Source of the DNA: an uncultured Acidobacteriota bacterium | Lineage (GTDB): Bacteria > Acidobacteriota > Terriglobia > Terriglobales > Acidobacteriaceae | Assembly: GCA_963845725.1 (NCBI GenBank) | Contig: CAWJTC010000008.1 | Span: 2,159-66,158 of the forward strand | Direction: 5' to 3' | DNA: 64,000 nt | Shown here: piece by piece, positions 34,566 to 43,445 of the stretch | Layout: the number at the start of each line of letters is the position of its first letter | Position numbering within the stretch: the first letter of the stretch is position 1 | Position numbers and translations under genes: made by a program | The notes under the pieces: generated by a model | Seen by the model: only the letters and a program-made list of their open reading frames with translations | What the model was told of the DNA's origin: nothing | Databases searched by the model: none

Positions 34566-35975
34566 CTAATCCTTCCCGATGCGGTACTTGCGGCACAGAT
34601 AGTGCATCTTCTGTTTATCGATTTGCAGCAGGCGCGCGGCGCCCATCTTACTGCCCCCAGACCGCCGTAACGCTGCTTCCAGATACGCGACCTCGATGCG
34701 CGCAATCTCCTCATCGAACTTGACCCCTTCCTCCGGAATCAGCAACGACTCCTGGGAGGTTGCGCTGTTGTAGAGAATCCGTTGAGGCAGGTGTTGCACT
34801 TTGATGATCGGCCCATCCACCATCAGAACCAGCCGTTGCACCAGGTTTTCCAGTTCTCGCACGTTGCCCGGCCAGGGATCCTCCTCTAAAATCTGGATGA
34901 CCTCAGGATCGAGGTGTTTGAAGGGAGCGCCATTCTGGGCACAATAAGTGCGCAGGAAATGGTCGATCAGCAGAGGAATGTCTCCTGACCGCTCCCGTAG
35001 CGGCGGCAGGGCGATGGGTACGACGTTGATACGATAATACAGGTCCTCGCGAAAACGGCCGGTGTGGACCATGTCCTCCAGGTCCTCGTTGGTGGCAGTG
35101 ATGAGCCGGAAGTCGATTTTCTTGGGATTGTGCCCGCCGATGCGGGTCACTGCGCGGCCTTCCAAAACCCGCAATAATTTCGACTGCAGGGCCAGCCCCA
35201 GAGTGGCAATCTCGTCCAGAAACAAAGTGCCGGTGTGTGCTAACTCTATGTGTCCCTGCCGGGCTTCCTTAGCATCGGTGAAGGCGCCTTTTTCGTGGCC
35301 GAACAGCTCAGTTTCGATGAGATTTTCGGGCAGAGCGGCGCAGTTGATGCTGATAAAAGGTTTCTCGGCCCGGGGTCCCATGCTGACGATGGCTCGCGCC
35401 ACCAGTTCCTTCCCGGTTCCGCTCTCGCCGCGGATCAGCACCGTGCTGTTGCTGTCAGCGACCCGGGTAATGGCCTCATAGACGCGGCGCATGGTCTCAC
35501 TGGCGCCAATCAGTTCGCCGAACGATTCCTGCTGCGCCTCTTGCTCCTGCCGTCGCTGGTAATCGATCTCTATGGCGCGCTTTTCAAGCGCACGGCCGAG
35601 GACAACCCGGACCTCTTCAAAGTTGATCGGGGCCACAAAATACTGATCGACGGTGGCCTCGATGGCCTTGTGCCGTAACTTACGACTGTCGGAGCGGGTG
35701 AGAGCCACCAGCACCAAATCGGGCCCAACCGACCGCAATTCCGCGAGCGCCGTGATCCCTCGTTCGCTATTGTCCCCGACGGTATCGATATCCAGGAGTA
35801 TGGCGTCGGGCAACTGTTTCTTTATCAATGCCAACAGCTCATCCCAGGTCTGAAACACGTGAAGGTCGTAGTCGGGCGCGAGATAGGTTTCGGCCTCAGG
35901 GCCGACTAACTCGTCACCGGTAACAATGGCAATGCGGTAACGGGAGGGCAGATTGCGGGTGGCTGCGGCGCGCAT
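34566..35975 (-). CDS. Sigma-54-dependent transcriptional activator (NtrC-family bEBP) with an atypical receiver domain and a Fis-type HTH
   Basis: Intact 469-aa ORF, ATG after GGGAG. Walker A GESGTGKE, GAFTDA (a GAFTGA variant), LFLDEI, and C-terminal HTH AARLLQIDKQKMHYLCRKY. The REC-like N-terminus carries ...YFVAPI... where K-P is expected. Confidence 0.9.
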   Translation of the reverse strand: MRAAATRNLPSRYRIAIVTGDELVGPEAETYLAPDYDLHVFQTWDELLALIKKQLPDAILLDIDTVGDNSERGITALAELRSVGPDLVLVALTRSDSRKLRHKAIEATVDQYFVAPINFEEVRVVLGRALEKRAIEIDYQRRQEQEAQQESFGELIGASETMRRVYEAITRVADSNSTVLIRGESGTGKELVARAIVSMGPRAEKPFISINCAALPENLIETELFGHEKGAFTDAKEARQGHIELAHTGTLFLDEIATLGLALQSKLLRVLEGRAVTRIGGHNPKKIDFRLITATNEDLEDMVHTGRFREDLYYRINVVPIALPPLRERSGDIPLLIDHFLRTYCAQNGAPFKHLDPEVIQILEEDPWPGNVRELENLVQRLVLMVDGPIIKVQHLPQRILYNSATSQESLLIPEEGVKFDEEIARIEVAYLEAALRRSGGSKMGAARLLQIDKQKMHYLCRKYRIGKD

Positions 35976-36224
35976 GGTTCTCCCAAGAAGCGCTTTGATT
36001 ATGACAAATTTCCTGCCGCTTGGGGTGAATTTTTCACCTTAGGCGGCACGAAGGCTTCTCCACGCCGGTTCTTCAGCTTATGTTCATTGATTCCTGGGAC
36101 GGCAGCGAGGTGTGCTTGAAAAATCCAACGGATTCCCGTAACTTTAGCACGCCTGTTGAAAACCTCCCAGCGCCACGCTTTGGGCGGTCATTGGGAGTTG
36201 CTTTTCTCACGAAGGAGAATTCGT

Positions 36225-36563
36225 TTGGACATCAATGTCCGTAAGCGTTCTGAAGTGCAACTGTTCCAGCTTCGTGGTCCGCTAAGGATGGGACCCGCAG
36301 TGGATGGATTACGTCAGGCAATGGAGGAAGTTATAGGCCAGGGCGACCATCGTTTTGTCATCAATCTTGCCGAGGTAAACATGATTGATTCCAGCGGGAT
36401 CGGCCTGCTGGTGCGGTTTCTCGCATCCACCAAGAAACAGGGCGGAAGCATCAAACTGGTCCAGCCCTCGAAGTTTGCCGTACAAACGCTGAAGCTGGTG
36501 GGAGTGCTCAATCTGTTCGAAATCTTCGAGGATGACGACACGGCGGTGGCATCCTTTTCTTGA
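36225..36563 (+). CDS. STAS-domain anti-sigma-factor antagonist (SpoIIAA/RsbV-like)
   Basis: TTG start 7 nt after AAGGAG gives about 112 aa. The phosphorylatable-Ser region is INMIDSSGIGLLV. Confidence 0.75.
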   Translation: MDINVRKRSEVQLFQLRGPLRMGPAVDGLRQAMEEVIGQGDHRFVINLAEVNMIDSSGIGLLVRFLASTKKQGGSIKLVQPSKFAVQTLKLVGVLNLFEIFEDDDTAVASFS

Positions 36564-36609
36564 GTCTTATGTTTTGGATTGGTTCGGATCCCCACGGAGA
36601 TGAGCCTTT

Positions 36610-37047
36610 ATGGCCAATGAACCCAGCCCTGACGCGAGTAGCAGCTTCACCGAACTGCTTAACCTTAGCCTGCCTGCAAATTCAGAGTCGATCGCCATCA
36701 TTACCGCGGCCATTTCGGAAATCCTCGAGCGGCTGGAGATTCCGGAACAGAAGAGGTTCGAGATCGACCTGGCGGTGCAGGAGGCCCTGGCCAACGCTGT
36801 GGTTCACGGATGCGAGGGAGATGCATCGAAGACCATCGGGTGCAGGTTGAATGGCGATCAAAAGGGCCACATCGTGATTTCGGTGAGCGATCCGGGCCCT
36901 GGCTTCCGGCCCGAGGCGATTCCCGATCCTAAGCGTGCCGACGGTCTGTACGGCGACCACGGCCGCGGGGTTTACCTGATCCGGCAGTTGATGGATGAAG
37001 TTCAGTTTGAGCGTGGCGGGGCCGAAATCAAGATGTGGAAGTATTGA
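36610..37047 (+). CDS. Anti-sigma regulatory factor / serine kinase (RsbW/SpoIIAB-like HATPase)
   Basis: Intact 145-aa ORF. EALANAVVHG (N-box) and SDPGPGF...GRGVYLIRQLMDEV (G-boxes). Confidence 0.75.
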   Translation: MANEPSPDASSSFTELLNLSLPANSESIAIITAAISEILERLEIPEQKRFEIDLAVQEALANAVVHGCEGDASKTIGCRLNGDQKGHIVISVSDPGPGFRPEAIPDPKRADGLYGDHGRGVYLIRQLMDEVQFERGGAEIKMWKY

Positions 37048-37080
37048 AGATTGAGAATCGCTCCGCCGTACGGCAGCGCG

Positions 37081-37800
37081 TTAATCCGCATCCGAGGGTT
37101 GGCGGGCGAACTCGCGGAACCTGAATTGCGCTTCCAACGAATCCAGCCATGACTGGAGGATGGCCCCGGAATTCTTTTCCACGTAGAGGAAGCGCAGGCC
37201 CATGACAAACGAATCGGCCCACACCACATCCGCCTTGGCGTGAAAAACTTGCGGATCAAGACTGGGCACCTCGAATTCCACAATAACCACGCCTTGCAAT
37301 TTAACCGGGTCCACCGGCCGAATAGCCAACCCACCCTCGCTCACGTTCTTCATCTTCGCGCTTAGCGATTCCCCCAGGGTGTTGTGAAACCGCACTGGCA
37401 GATCGACATCGTAGCGGAAATATCTCTGATGTTCACGCTCCATCTTGGGAATGGCGCTATCCAGCAGGCTCCGCAATCGGGTCTCCTGAATCGGCTTGCA
37501 GAGCACAAAGTTGGCTCCTAAATCGAGCGCGGTTTCGGCGCTGGTCAGATGGTTGACCACAGCGAAAATCGTGCACTGCTTATTGGAGCGGCTGTTGCGG
37601 ACTTGGGCCAGAGCTTCAGTACCGCCGTGCACGTCATCGCAGTCAATGACCAGTCCGTCCAAGTGACGCCGGGAGGCAAGTTCGATGGCACTGGCGGAAT
37701 CTTGCCGTAGATCAAGCGAGGCGCGACGCCCGCTTAAACCTGCCATGATTTGGTCCAGCAGGGTGGTATCGGAAGTTACGACCAGGCACTCTACGCCCAT
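37081..37800 (-). CDS. Response-regulator receiver domain fused to a PilZ-like domain
   Basis: Intact 239-aa ORF. REC motifs (LVIDCD, FVLCKP). The C-terminal half has NVSEGGLAIR (D/NxSxxG) after an imperfect RxxxR region (QRYFRYD). Confidence 0.65.
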   Translation of the reverse strand: MGVECLVVTSDTTLLDQIMAGLSGRRASLDLRQDSASAIELASRRHLDGLVIDCDDVHGGTEALAQVRNSRSNKQCTIFAVVNHLTSAETALDLGANFVLCKPIQETRLRSLLDSAIPKMEREHQRYFRYDVDLPVRFHNTLGESLSAKMKNVSEGGLAIRPVDPVKLQGVVIVEFEVPSLDPQVFHAKADVVWADSFVMGLRFLYVEKNSGAILQSWLDSLEAQFRFREFARQPSDAD

Positions 37801-37891
37801 GACCCAATGATAGAGATGGCTGTATCTGCCTCAAAGTAACCGACGGGCATGGCCCTGTCAGTACCGCTCACAAGCTATTGTTACTAAGCCG

Positions 37892-38986
37892 TTATTTTCG
37901 GGCCTGGATATTGGCGGCCTCCGGTGGGCCGACATTGGGTGGCATTTCTCCCGTCAGTGAGTTCAGAAAGGCTTGCAGGTCACTGCGCTCCTTCCCACTC
38001 AGGAAATCCAGTACGTGGATTTTACTGTCCAGATTAGGGTTCGAGTTGCCCGCTCCAATGTAGAAGTCGATGACCTCCTTCAGGTTTTTGAGGCTGCCAT
38101 CGCTCAAATAAGGCGCAGTTTGCGCAATGTTCCGCAGGGAAGGCGTTTTGAATTTACCTTTGTCGGCTTCGTTATGAGTTACGGCAAAGAGGCCGACATC
38201 GGTGATTTCCCCCGCGTCGACGCCCACGCCGACGTTGTGGAATTGGTTATCCGTGAAAAGCGCGCTCCTGTCTCCCACTAGATGGCAGGCGGCACAATTG
38301 CCTTTTTTTCTGGAAGTAAACACAACAAAGCCGCGCTTCACTGCCGCGTCCACAGCTTTCTCATCATGGCCGTATTTCCAGCGATCGAATGGCGAGTTGC
38401 CACTCACGACCGTCCGTTCGAAGGAAGCGATGCTCTTCTCTACCATTTCGTAAGTAATCGGCTTCGGGCCCCACGCCTGAGCGAATTCTTCGCGGTAGCT
38501 CGGGTTTGCATTCAGCCGTTGTTCAACGGTGGCCAGCGTTGTGGCCATTTCCACCGGGTTCTGGACCGGCCCCTCGGCCTGCTTTTCCAGGCTGGGAGCG
38601 CGGCCATCCCAGAATTGTGCCTTAAAATAGGCCGCGTTTACGACCGGGGGAGAGTTGCGGTTTCCCAGCTTCCTGGCTACGCCTTCGGAGAATTGCTTTG
38701 GATCGGCGAAGCCATACTGCGGGCTGTGACAAGTTGCGCAAGAAACGGTGTTGTCCGTCGAGAGGATGGGGTCGTAATAGAGGCGTCGGCCCAGCGCAAT
38801 CGTTTCCGCGGTGGGCGGGTTATCGGCTGGAATCGGTACCGGCGGAAGCCCGAGCGGTGCTTTGATCTGTACCGGCTTGCCAATGGGTATGACCCTGGAA
38901 ACCTTTTCATCCTCACTTTGCAGCAGTACTGTAGAAGCGAAAACGGCGAGCAAGAACATGAAGAAGAAAATCCTGCGGGAATTCAT
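37892..38986 (-). CDS. Di-haem cytochrome c peroxidase (CCP/MauG family)
   Basis: ATG at 38986 after GGGAGGG, with a signal peptide. Two CxxCH motifs (CATCH, CAACH) at the spacing expected for the family. Confidence 0.85.
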   Translation of the reverse strand: MNSRRIFFFMFLLAVFASTVLLQSEDEKVSRVIPIGKPVQIKAPLGLPPVPIPADNPPTAETIALGRRLYYDPILSTDNTVSCATCHSPQYGFADPKQFSEGVARKLGNRNSPPVVNAAYFKAQFWDGRAPSLEKQAEGPVQNPVEMATTLATVEQRLNANPSYREEFAQAWGPKPITYEMVEKSIASFERTVVSGNSPFDRWKYGHDEKAVDAAVKRGFVVFTSRKKGNCAACHLVGDRSALFTDNQFHNVGVGVDAGEITDVGLFAVTHNEADKGKFKTPSLRNIAQTAPYLSDGSLKNLKEVIDFYIGAGNSNPNLDSKIHVLDFLSGKERSDLQAFLNSLTGEMPPNVGPPEAANIQARK

Positions 38987-39287
38987 AAAGCCCTCCCAAC
39001 GACCGCGTGTGGCGGGCCGCTGCACTGGCGCTGCACCAAGACCAAGATCAGTTCCCGCCGGAAGTTCCGGCAACGTAGCGGCAGTTTGGGTGAGAACTAA
39101 TTTTGTTGTAGCCGGTCGCGCAAGCGCCTATTGCGTCGACTCATTAGCGATTAGAAAACCCGTTGGCCGTAAAAGCGATGACCTTCGGCACCGATTCGTG
39201 TGAGCAGGGTCACACCAAAGGGACACTCACTTTGGTTTGGATTTCTGGCACGTTTGCAGATTCACAGCACGCTATGATTGGCCAGCT

Positions 39288-39977
39288 ATGTATGGATTTT
39301 TCACGCTAAAAATGGCCGCGCCGCTGTTGGCGGGAGCTTTGGCATTCGGCCAGGCGGGCCAGTCTGCGACCGCACAATCAGGTCCACCACAACCGGCCAC
39401 CGCGCAACAAAAAGTGGCGTCGCCTCCGGCCACACTTCGACCCGCCGCGCCGCGTTCGGTCGCGGATGCAGCTGGTGCTTCCAAGCAAGCACAAACATCG
39501 GCGCCGCCCGTCAAGGTATACAGAAATAAAGACGTGAAGGATCCGGCTGCCACTGGCAAGCCAGCCATCGGCGAGCACAACGTCGCCGCTCCTTCTGCCT
39601 CTCAAACTGCGGCTCAAACCGCAGCCGAAGAGATCCAGAAAGACCGGGCGTTCGAAGCACAGGGGTCAATTTTCAAAAACCAGATCCGGGCGGAGAAGGG
39701 AAATATTGTCGCCATCCAGAACCGGATGAGAAGTCTGAAGTATCAGTTCGACGCGTGGAGCACGGAATTCTCTCAGGACCCCACTGACGCCCAAGCTTGC
39801 TGGACCTCGCAATACTACGCGCCCTACTACAAGGATTGGTGCGATGCCGGCCGGAACTTGAAAGCACAATACGACGAAACCCAAGTTCAGCTCAATCAAG
39901 AAAAAACCCGGTTGGAGCAGATGCAGGAAAACATCCGGCGCAAAGGCTATGGCAACGGCGTCTATGATGCTGACTGA
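39288..39977 (+). CDS. Secreted hypothetical protein (low-complexity Ala/Pro/Gln N-terminal half, coiled-coil C-terminal half)
   Basis: The ORF has a signal-like start MYGFFTLKMAAPLLAGALAFGQA. No family recognised. Confidence 0.5.
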   Translation: MYGFFTLKMAAPLLAGALAFGQAGQSATAQSGPPQPATAQQKVASPPATLRPAAPRSVADAAGASKQAQTSAPPVKVYRNKDVKDPAATGKPAIGEHNVAAPSASQTAAQTAAEEIQKDRAFEAQGSIFKNQIRAEKGNIVAIQNRMRSLKYQFDAWSTEFSQDPTDAQACWTSQYYAPYYKDWCDAGRNLKAQYDETQVQLNQEKTRLEQMQENIRRKGYGNGVYDAD

Positions 39978-40173
39978 TTGAAGCTGGCCAGTCTGGATGC
40001 CAGCCCTTTCACACCGGCTTGAACCAGGGAACGTGCCGCCGCACGGCATCAGTTTTTCACATACAGGAGTGGGCTGCCTTGGCCTCAAGGTAGCCCACTA
40101 CTTTTTGCGTGACGATGTCTGGAACTTTTAGGCACAGCGGCGTAATATTCAGTCGAATCTGAAAGGACAATGC

Positions 40174-40656
40174 ATGGTTCTGGGCATGAGCTTGGCGACC
40201 TTTACCCTGGTGCACGTTGTCATCAGCCTGATTGGGATCGTCACCGGTCTAGTCGTTGTATTCGGAATGCTCAGCAGGAAATTGCTTCATGGCTGGAACG
40301 GAATCTTTTTGCTGACGACCGTTCTAACCAGTGTGACCGGCTTCTTCTTCCCATTTGAGCACCTTAAGCCGTCCTACATAGTCGCCGCCATTTCGCTGGT
40401 CGTGCTGGCGATTGCCATCATTGCACGCTACGCGCGAAACCTCGCAGGCGGCTGGCGCCGGACTTATGTGATCTGCGCGGTCATCGCCCTCTATCTCAAT
40501 TGTTTCGTGCTGGTGGTGCAGAGTTTCTTGAAGGTGCCGGCGTTGCACGCTCTGGCTCCTCAGGGAAATGAGCCTCCATTTTTGGTGGCGCAGCTCGTAA
40601 TGATGATTATTTTCATCGGGCTGGGCATCGGCGCGGTGAAGAAATTCCGTAATTAA
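40174..40656 (+). CDS. Small integral membrane protein (4 predicted TM helices), function unknown
   Basis: Intact 160-aa hydrophobic ORF, ATG after AAAGGA. Confidence 0.55.
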   Translation: MVLGMSLATFTLVHVVISLIGIVTGLVVVFGMLSRKLLHGWNGIFLLTTVLTSVTGFFFPFEHLKPSYIVAAISLVVLAIAIIARYARNLAGGWRRTYVICAVIALYLNCFVLVVQSFLKVPALHALAPQGNEPPFLVAQLVMMIIFIGLGIGAVKKFRN

Positions 40657-40735
40657 CAGATTCGAACGGCTCGACCGGGACATCTATTCACTGTCTTGTG
40701 AAATGCAGCCGAAACAAATCCAAGGAGAACATTGC

Positions 40736-41575
40736 ATGCCTGCTATCACCACAAAAGACGGCACACAGATTTACTACAAGGATTGGGGATCGGGTCAGCC
40801 CATCGTTTTCAGTCATGGCTGGCCGCTTAGTGCGGACGACTGGGACGGGCAGATGTTGTTCTTCGGCCAGCGTGGCTATCGAGTCATCGCGCATGACCGG
40901 CGCGGCCACGGGCGCTCTGACCAGACGTGGGACGGCAACGATATGGATACCTATGCCGACGATCTCGCTGTCCTTACCGAAAAACTTAACCTGAAGAACG
41001 CAATCCATATCGGCCATTCCACCGGCGGTGGAGAAGTTGCCCGCTACATCGGACGGCATGGCTCAAAACGCGTTGGCGCAGCCGTGCTCATCAGCGCAGT
41101 GCCGCCGTTGATGCTGAAGACGGAAAAGAGTCCCACCGGCGCACCCATTTCAGTCTTCGACGGGCTTCGAACCGCGCTTGCAGCCAATCGGCCGCAGTTT
41201 TACCGGGACATTACGCTCCCCTTCTACGGCTACAACCGGCCCGGTGCCAAGATCTCTGAAGGCATCCGCGAGCACTGGTGGTTGCAAGGAATGTTGGGAG
41301 GCATGAAAGCCCACTATGACTGCATCAAGGCTTTCTCCGAAACCGACTTTACTGAAGACCTCAAGAGTTTCGATGTGCCAACGCTGATTATGCACGGGGA
41401 GGACGATCAGATTGTGCCCATCGTTGCGGCGGGTCCGCTGTCCGCGAAGCTGGTCAAGAACTCCGCGCTAAAAGTGTATCCCGGCTTTCCGCACGGAATG
41501 CCCACCACCCATGCGGATACGATCAACGCGGATCTGCTGACCTTCTTGCGGCAAAGCAAGCAAGCAGCGGCCTGA
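40736..41575 (+). CDS. Alpha/beta hydrolase, non-haem haloperoxidase/arylesterase-like
   Basis: ATG 8 nt after AAGGAG. The N-terminus [36 protein letters not shown], the GHSTGG nucleophile elbow and RGHGRS are characteristic. Confidence 0.85.
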   Translation: MPAITTKDGTQIYYKDWGSGQPIVFSHGWPLSADDWDGQMLFFGQRGYRVIAHDRRGHGRSDQTWDGNDMDTYADDLAVLTEKLNLKNAIHIGHSTGGGEVARYIGRHGSKRVGAAVLISAVPPLMLKTEKSPTGAPISVFDGLRTALAANRPQFYRDITLPFYGYNRPGAKISEGIREHWWLQGMLGGMKAHYDCIKAFSETDFTEDLKSFDVPTLIMHGEDDQIVPIVAAGPLSAKLVKNSALKVYPGFPHGMPTTHADTINADLLTFLRQSKQAAA

Positions 41576-41705
41576 CAGGTGCCGTAGCCCTTTTAAGCGC
41601 TTGAGTTGTGCCCGGCTTTTGCGTTTCACAGCGGAGGCCGGTATGCTTTTTGGTAATCAAACTTAACAGCGCGCCTGGCGCAAGTCCTTTCCCGGAGCCT
41701 TCATA

Positions 41706-42620
41706 ATGAAGCGTTTCTTGAACTTTTTTCACATCCTGGCGATGGTGATTTTCCTTTCGGTTGTGTTTTCAGCGCGGGCCAATGCAGGCGATGGGACCAT
41801 CGCGGCGCGCGACGCGGTAGTGTCAGGGGTCAAAATACATTATTTGACGGCAGGGCACGGCCCGGCGGTGATCCTGCTGCACGGCTATACGCAGACATCG
41901 CGCATGTGGAGGCCGATCATTCCACTGCTTGCGGCCAAATTTACGGTGATTGCGCCCGACTTGCCAGGAATCGGCGACTCAGCGATCCCTAAAGACGGTC
42001 TTGACATGAAGACGGCAGCGATCCGCATTCATGCGTTGGCGCGTTCACTGGGGATCCAGAAGGCGGAGGTCGTCGGCCACGACATCGGCCTCATGGTCGC
42101 TTACGCCTATGCCGCACAATTTCCATCGGAGACTGAAAAGCTTGCGGTGTTGGACGCCTTCCTGCCGGGCGTTCCTGGGTGGGAGGCAGTTTACAACGAT
42201 CCCAATATTTGGCACTTCCGCTTCCATGGCCCCACGCCAGAAGCGCTGGTCAAAGGGCGGGAACAAATTTATTTCGCATATTTCTGGAACGACCTTGCGG
42301 CAGACAAGACGCGGTCTCTGCCCGAGGCAGATCGCAAAGCTTATGTGGCCGCGTACTCGCGTCTCGGGCGCATGCGCGCAGGCTGGGCCTACTTTGCCGC
42401 TTGGCCGCAAACCGCTCAAGACTTTGCCCAACTCGCTCAGACTAAGCTGACCATTCCAGTGCTCGCGATTGGGGGCGAAAAGTCGTTAGGAGACTTTCTC
42501 GGCCAACAAATGAAATTGGTGGCGAACGACGTGAACGTAGTCGTCCTGAAGGACACTGGCCATTGGGTGATGGAAGAACGCCCGAAGGAAACGATGGACG
42601 CGCTGATGAAGTTTCTGTGA
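41706..42620 (+). CDS. Secreted alpha/beta hydrolase (epoxide-hydrolase/haloalkane-dehalogenase-like fold)
   Basis: Intact 304-aa ORF with a signal peptide. Motifs HGYTQT and GHDIG. Confidence 0.75.
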   Translation: MKRFLNFFHILAMVIFLSVVFSARANAGDGTIAARDAVVSGVKIHYLTAGHGPAVILLHGYTQTSRMWRPIIPLLAAKFTVIAPDLPGIGDSAIPKDGLDMKTAAIRIHALARSLGIQKAEVVGHDIGLMVAYAYAAQFPSETEKLAVLDAFLPGVPGWEAVYNDPNIWHFRFHGPTPEALVKGREQIYFAYFWNDLAADKTRSLPEADRKAYVAAYSRLGRMRAGWAYFAAWPQTAQDFAQLAQTKLTIPVLAIGGEKSLGDFLGQQMKLVANDVNVVVLKDTGHWVMEERPKETMDALMKFL

Positions 42621-42670
42621 GGGATGGAAAACGTCGCCGGTTCGCATTGGACCCTTGGCTCTTGAATTTA

Positions 42671-42713
42671 TACGCTATTAGCGTATGCTCGTAATGGTAC
42701 GCTATTGGCGTAC
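42671..42713 (+). promoter_or_regulatory. Two related palindromes, a likely HigA-type operator in the toxin-antitoxin promoter
   Basis: TACGCTA-T-TAGCGTA (42671-42685) and GTACGC-TATTG-GCGTAC (42697-42713), just upstream of the toxin ATG at 42724. Confidence 0.5.
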
Positions 42714-42723
42714 GGTGCTCGCG

Positions 42724-43065
42724 ATGGAATTCTTTGAAGCGCCCGCGTTTACTCGTTACCTATCCCGTTATCTGGACGACGAGCAATACCGTGAGCTTCA
42801 AAATGCTTTGGCGAATTCCCCAGGGCTCGGAGATCTGATGCCGGGTACTGGCGGTTTTCGCAAGCTGCGATAGGCCGACGTGCGCCGAGGCAAAGGCCGT
42901 CGCGGAGGGCTGAGGGTCATCTACTACTGGTTCGACCGGCTCGACCAGATATGGATGATGACGATTTACGACAAGAACGAAGCTGCCGATCTTACGCCGG
43001 AGCAACGGAAAGCGCTAAAGGCGGCGATCGGCGCGGAAAGGAAAATGCGCACTCGGAGTCACTGA
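42724..43065 (+). pseudogene. higB: HigB-2-family (RelE-fold) toxin interrupted by an in-frame TAG
   Basis: EAPAFTRYLSRYLDDEQYRELQNAL...GTGGFRKLR-TAG(42871-42873)-ADVRRGKGRRGGLRVIYY...MMTIYDKNEAADL. ORFs 42685-42873 and 42880-43065 share one frame. Confidence 0.75.
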
Positions 43066-43066
43066 C

Positions 43067-43390
43067 ATGGGGAGCAAACGCAATTTGTATGAGGAATTAA
43101 TCGAGGGCGTGGCAGCGATGAAGGCCCAACGCAATGGCAAGATCACGTTGCGAAGCTATAGGGTCGAGGCGCGAGCATTGCCCCGCGTCAAGCCCAAAAT
43201 GATCAAGCAGGTGCGTGAGCGATTCAATTGTTCACGCAGTGTGTTTGCGCGAAAACTGTTCACCAACGAACGTACGCTGGAGAAATGGGAGCAGGGGCGC
43301 GCCAAGCCCAATGCCCAGGCAGTCGCGCTGCTGTTGCTGGCCGCCAGGTATCCGGATACTTTCGAGCGATTGGAAAGGGTGGCGAGGTAA
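43067..43390 (+). CDS. higA: HigA-2-like XRE-family antitoxin
   Basis: Intact 107-aa ORF starting 1 nt after the toxin stop. HTH SRSVFARKLFTNERTLEKWEQGRAKPN. Confidence 0.75.
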   Translation: MGSKRNLYEELIEGVAAMKAQRNGKITLRSYRVEARALPRVKPKMIKQVRERFNCSRSVFARKLFTNERTLEKWEQGRAKPNAQAVALLLLAARYPDTFERLERVAR

Positions 43391-43445
43391 ATCACGTTCG
43401 CGACGCCCTGATGAAGTTCCGGTGAGGAGTGGAACGGGCCCTCAC

